DNA of 64,000 nt. It comes from Amoebidium appalachense. Taxonomy: Eukaryota > Protista > Ichthyosporea. The position numbers were made by a program, and so were the translations under genes. Numbering within the stretch: the first letter of the stretch is position 1; each line of letters begins with the position of its first letter. Location of the stretch: NCBI GenBank assembly GCA_963693365.1, contig CAVNZM010000006.1, positions 4,254,764 to 4,318,763 on the forward strand. The letters are read 5' to 3'. The notes below the pieces were generated by a model. It had not been told where the DNA came from. It saw only the letters and a program-made list of their open reading frames with translations, and made no database searches. Of the stretch, positions 63,697 through 64,000 are shown one piece after another.

Positions 63697-64000
63697 TTAG
63701 AAAGTTGGTTTTCTTCCATAAGAAAAAGTTTTAGGAAATAAAAAGACGCGCAAAAATGATACAAGGAATCGGGGTGCTCCGACAACGCCTACATCGCTAA
63801 AATCATCAAAACATCTTGCATAGCCTCTTACCACCTTGCCTCGAGGTCGATCGTCTATAATAAAAGTATGGTTTTTGCTTGTTTTCGCTACGAAATAGGC
63901 GCCGGACACCCCATGTTGCTTATACAAAAATTGCTTGTCGCTTTGTTCATCAAATTATTTATTAATGGAGCAAAACCCCTCTTCTATTCACATTATTGAT

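Overview
Eukaryotic nuclear DNA, probably from an intron-rich unicellular opisthokont (inferred from a Pkc1-type HR1-HR1-C2-C1-C1 kinase and TACTAAC/CTAAC-type branch points). Introns and intergenic DNA are saturated with poly-C/poly-G, (CA)n/(GT)n, (CT)n and CnAn runs, so most ORF-track entries are artefacts. Genes assembled by hand: a partial membrane-protein 3' end (1-203); an intronless type-I surface protein with a PT-rich stalk and one homopolymer frameshift; a 22-exon PKC/PKN kinase (8236-26772, 890 aa); a 6-exon tRNA dimethylallyltransferase (minus strand) head-to-head with a 6-exon MDR/ETR-like oxidoreductase; and two convergent, intronless, paralogous 8-TM proteins with a class-C-GPCR-like core. 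Mobile DNA: a decayed LINE and dispersed copies of its probable 3' UTR, a 1.4-kb direct-repeat element with an orphan ORF, a PIF/Harbinger element, several MITEs and a possible THAP relic. Best leads: (1) a poly(C)-tailed SINE-like family whose ~165-nt head shows compensatory base pairing and a possible pseudoknot; (2) introns whose acceptors lack a normal pyrimidine tract and instead follow AG-free (CA)n, C or A runs, often with complementary GT/G-rich 5' halves; (3) diverged echoes of exon ends inside introns; (4) a CRE-CRE-CCAAT-TATA cluster just upstream of the kinase-domain exon.
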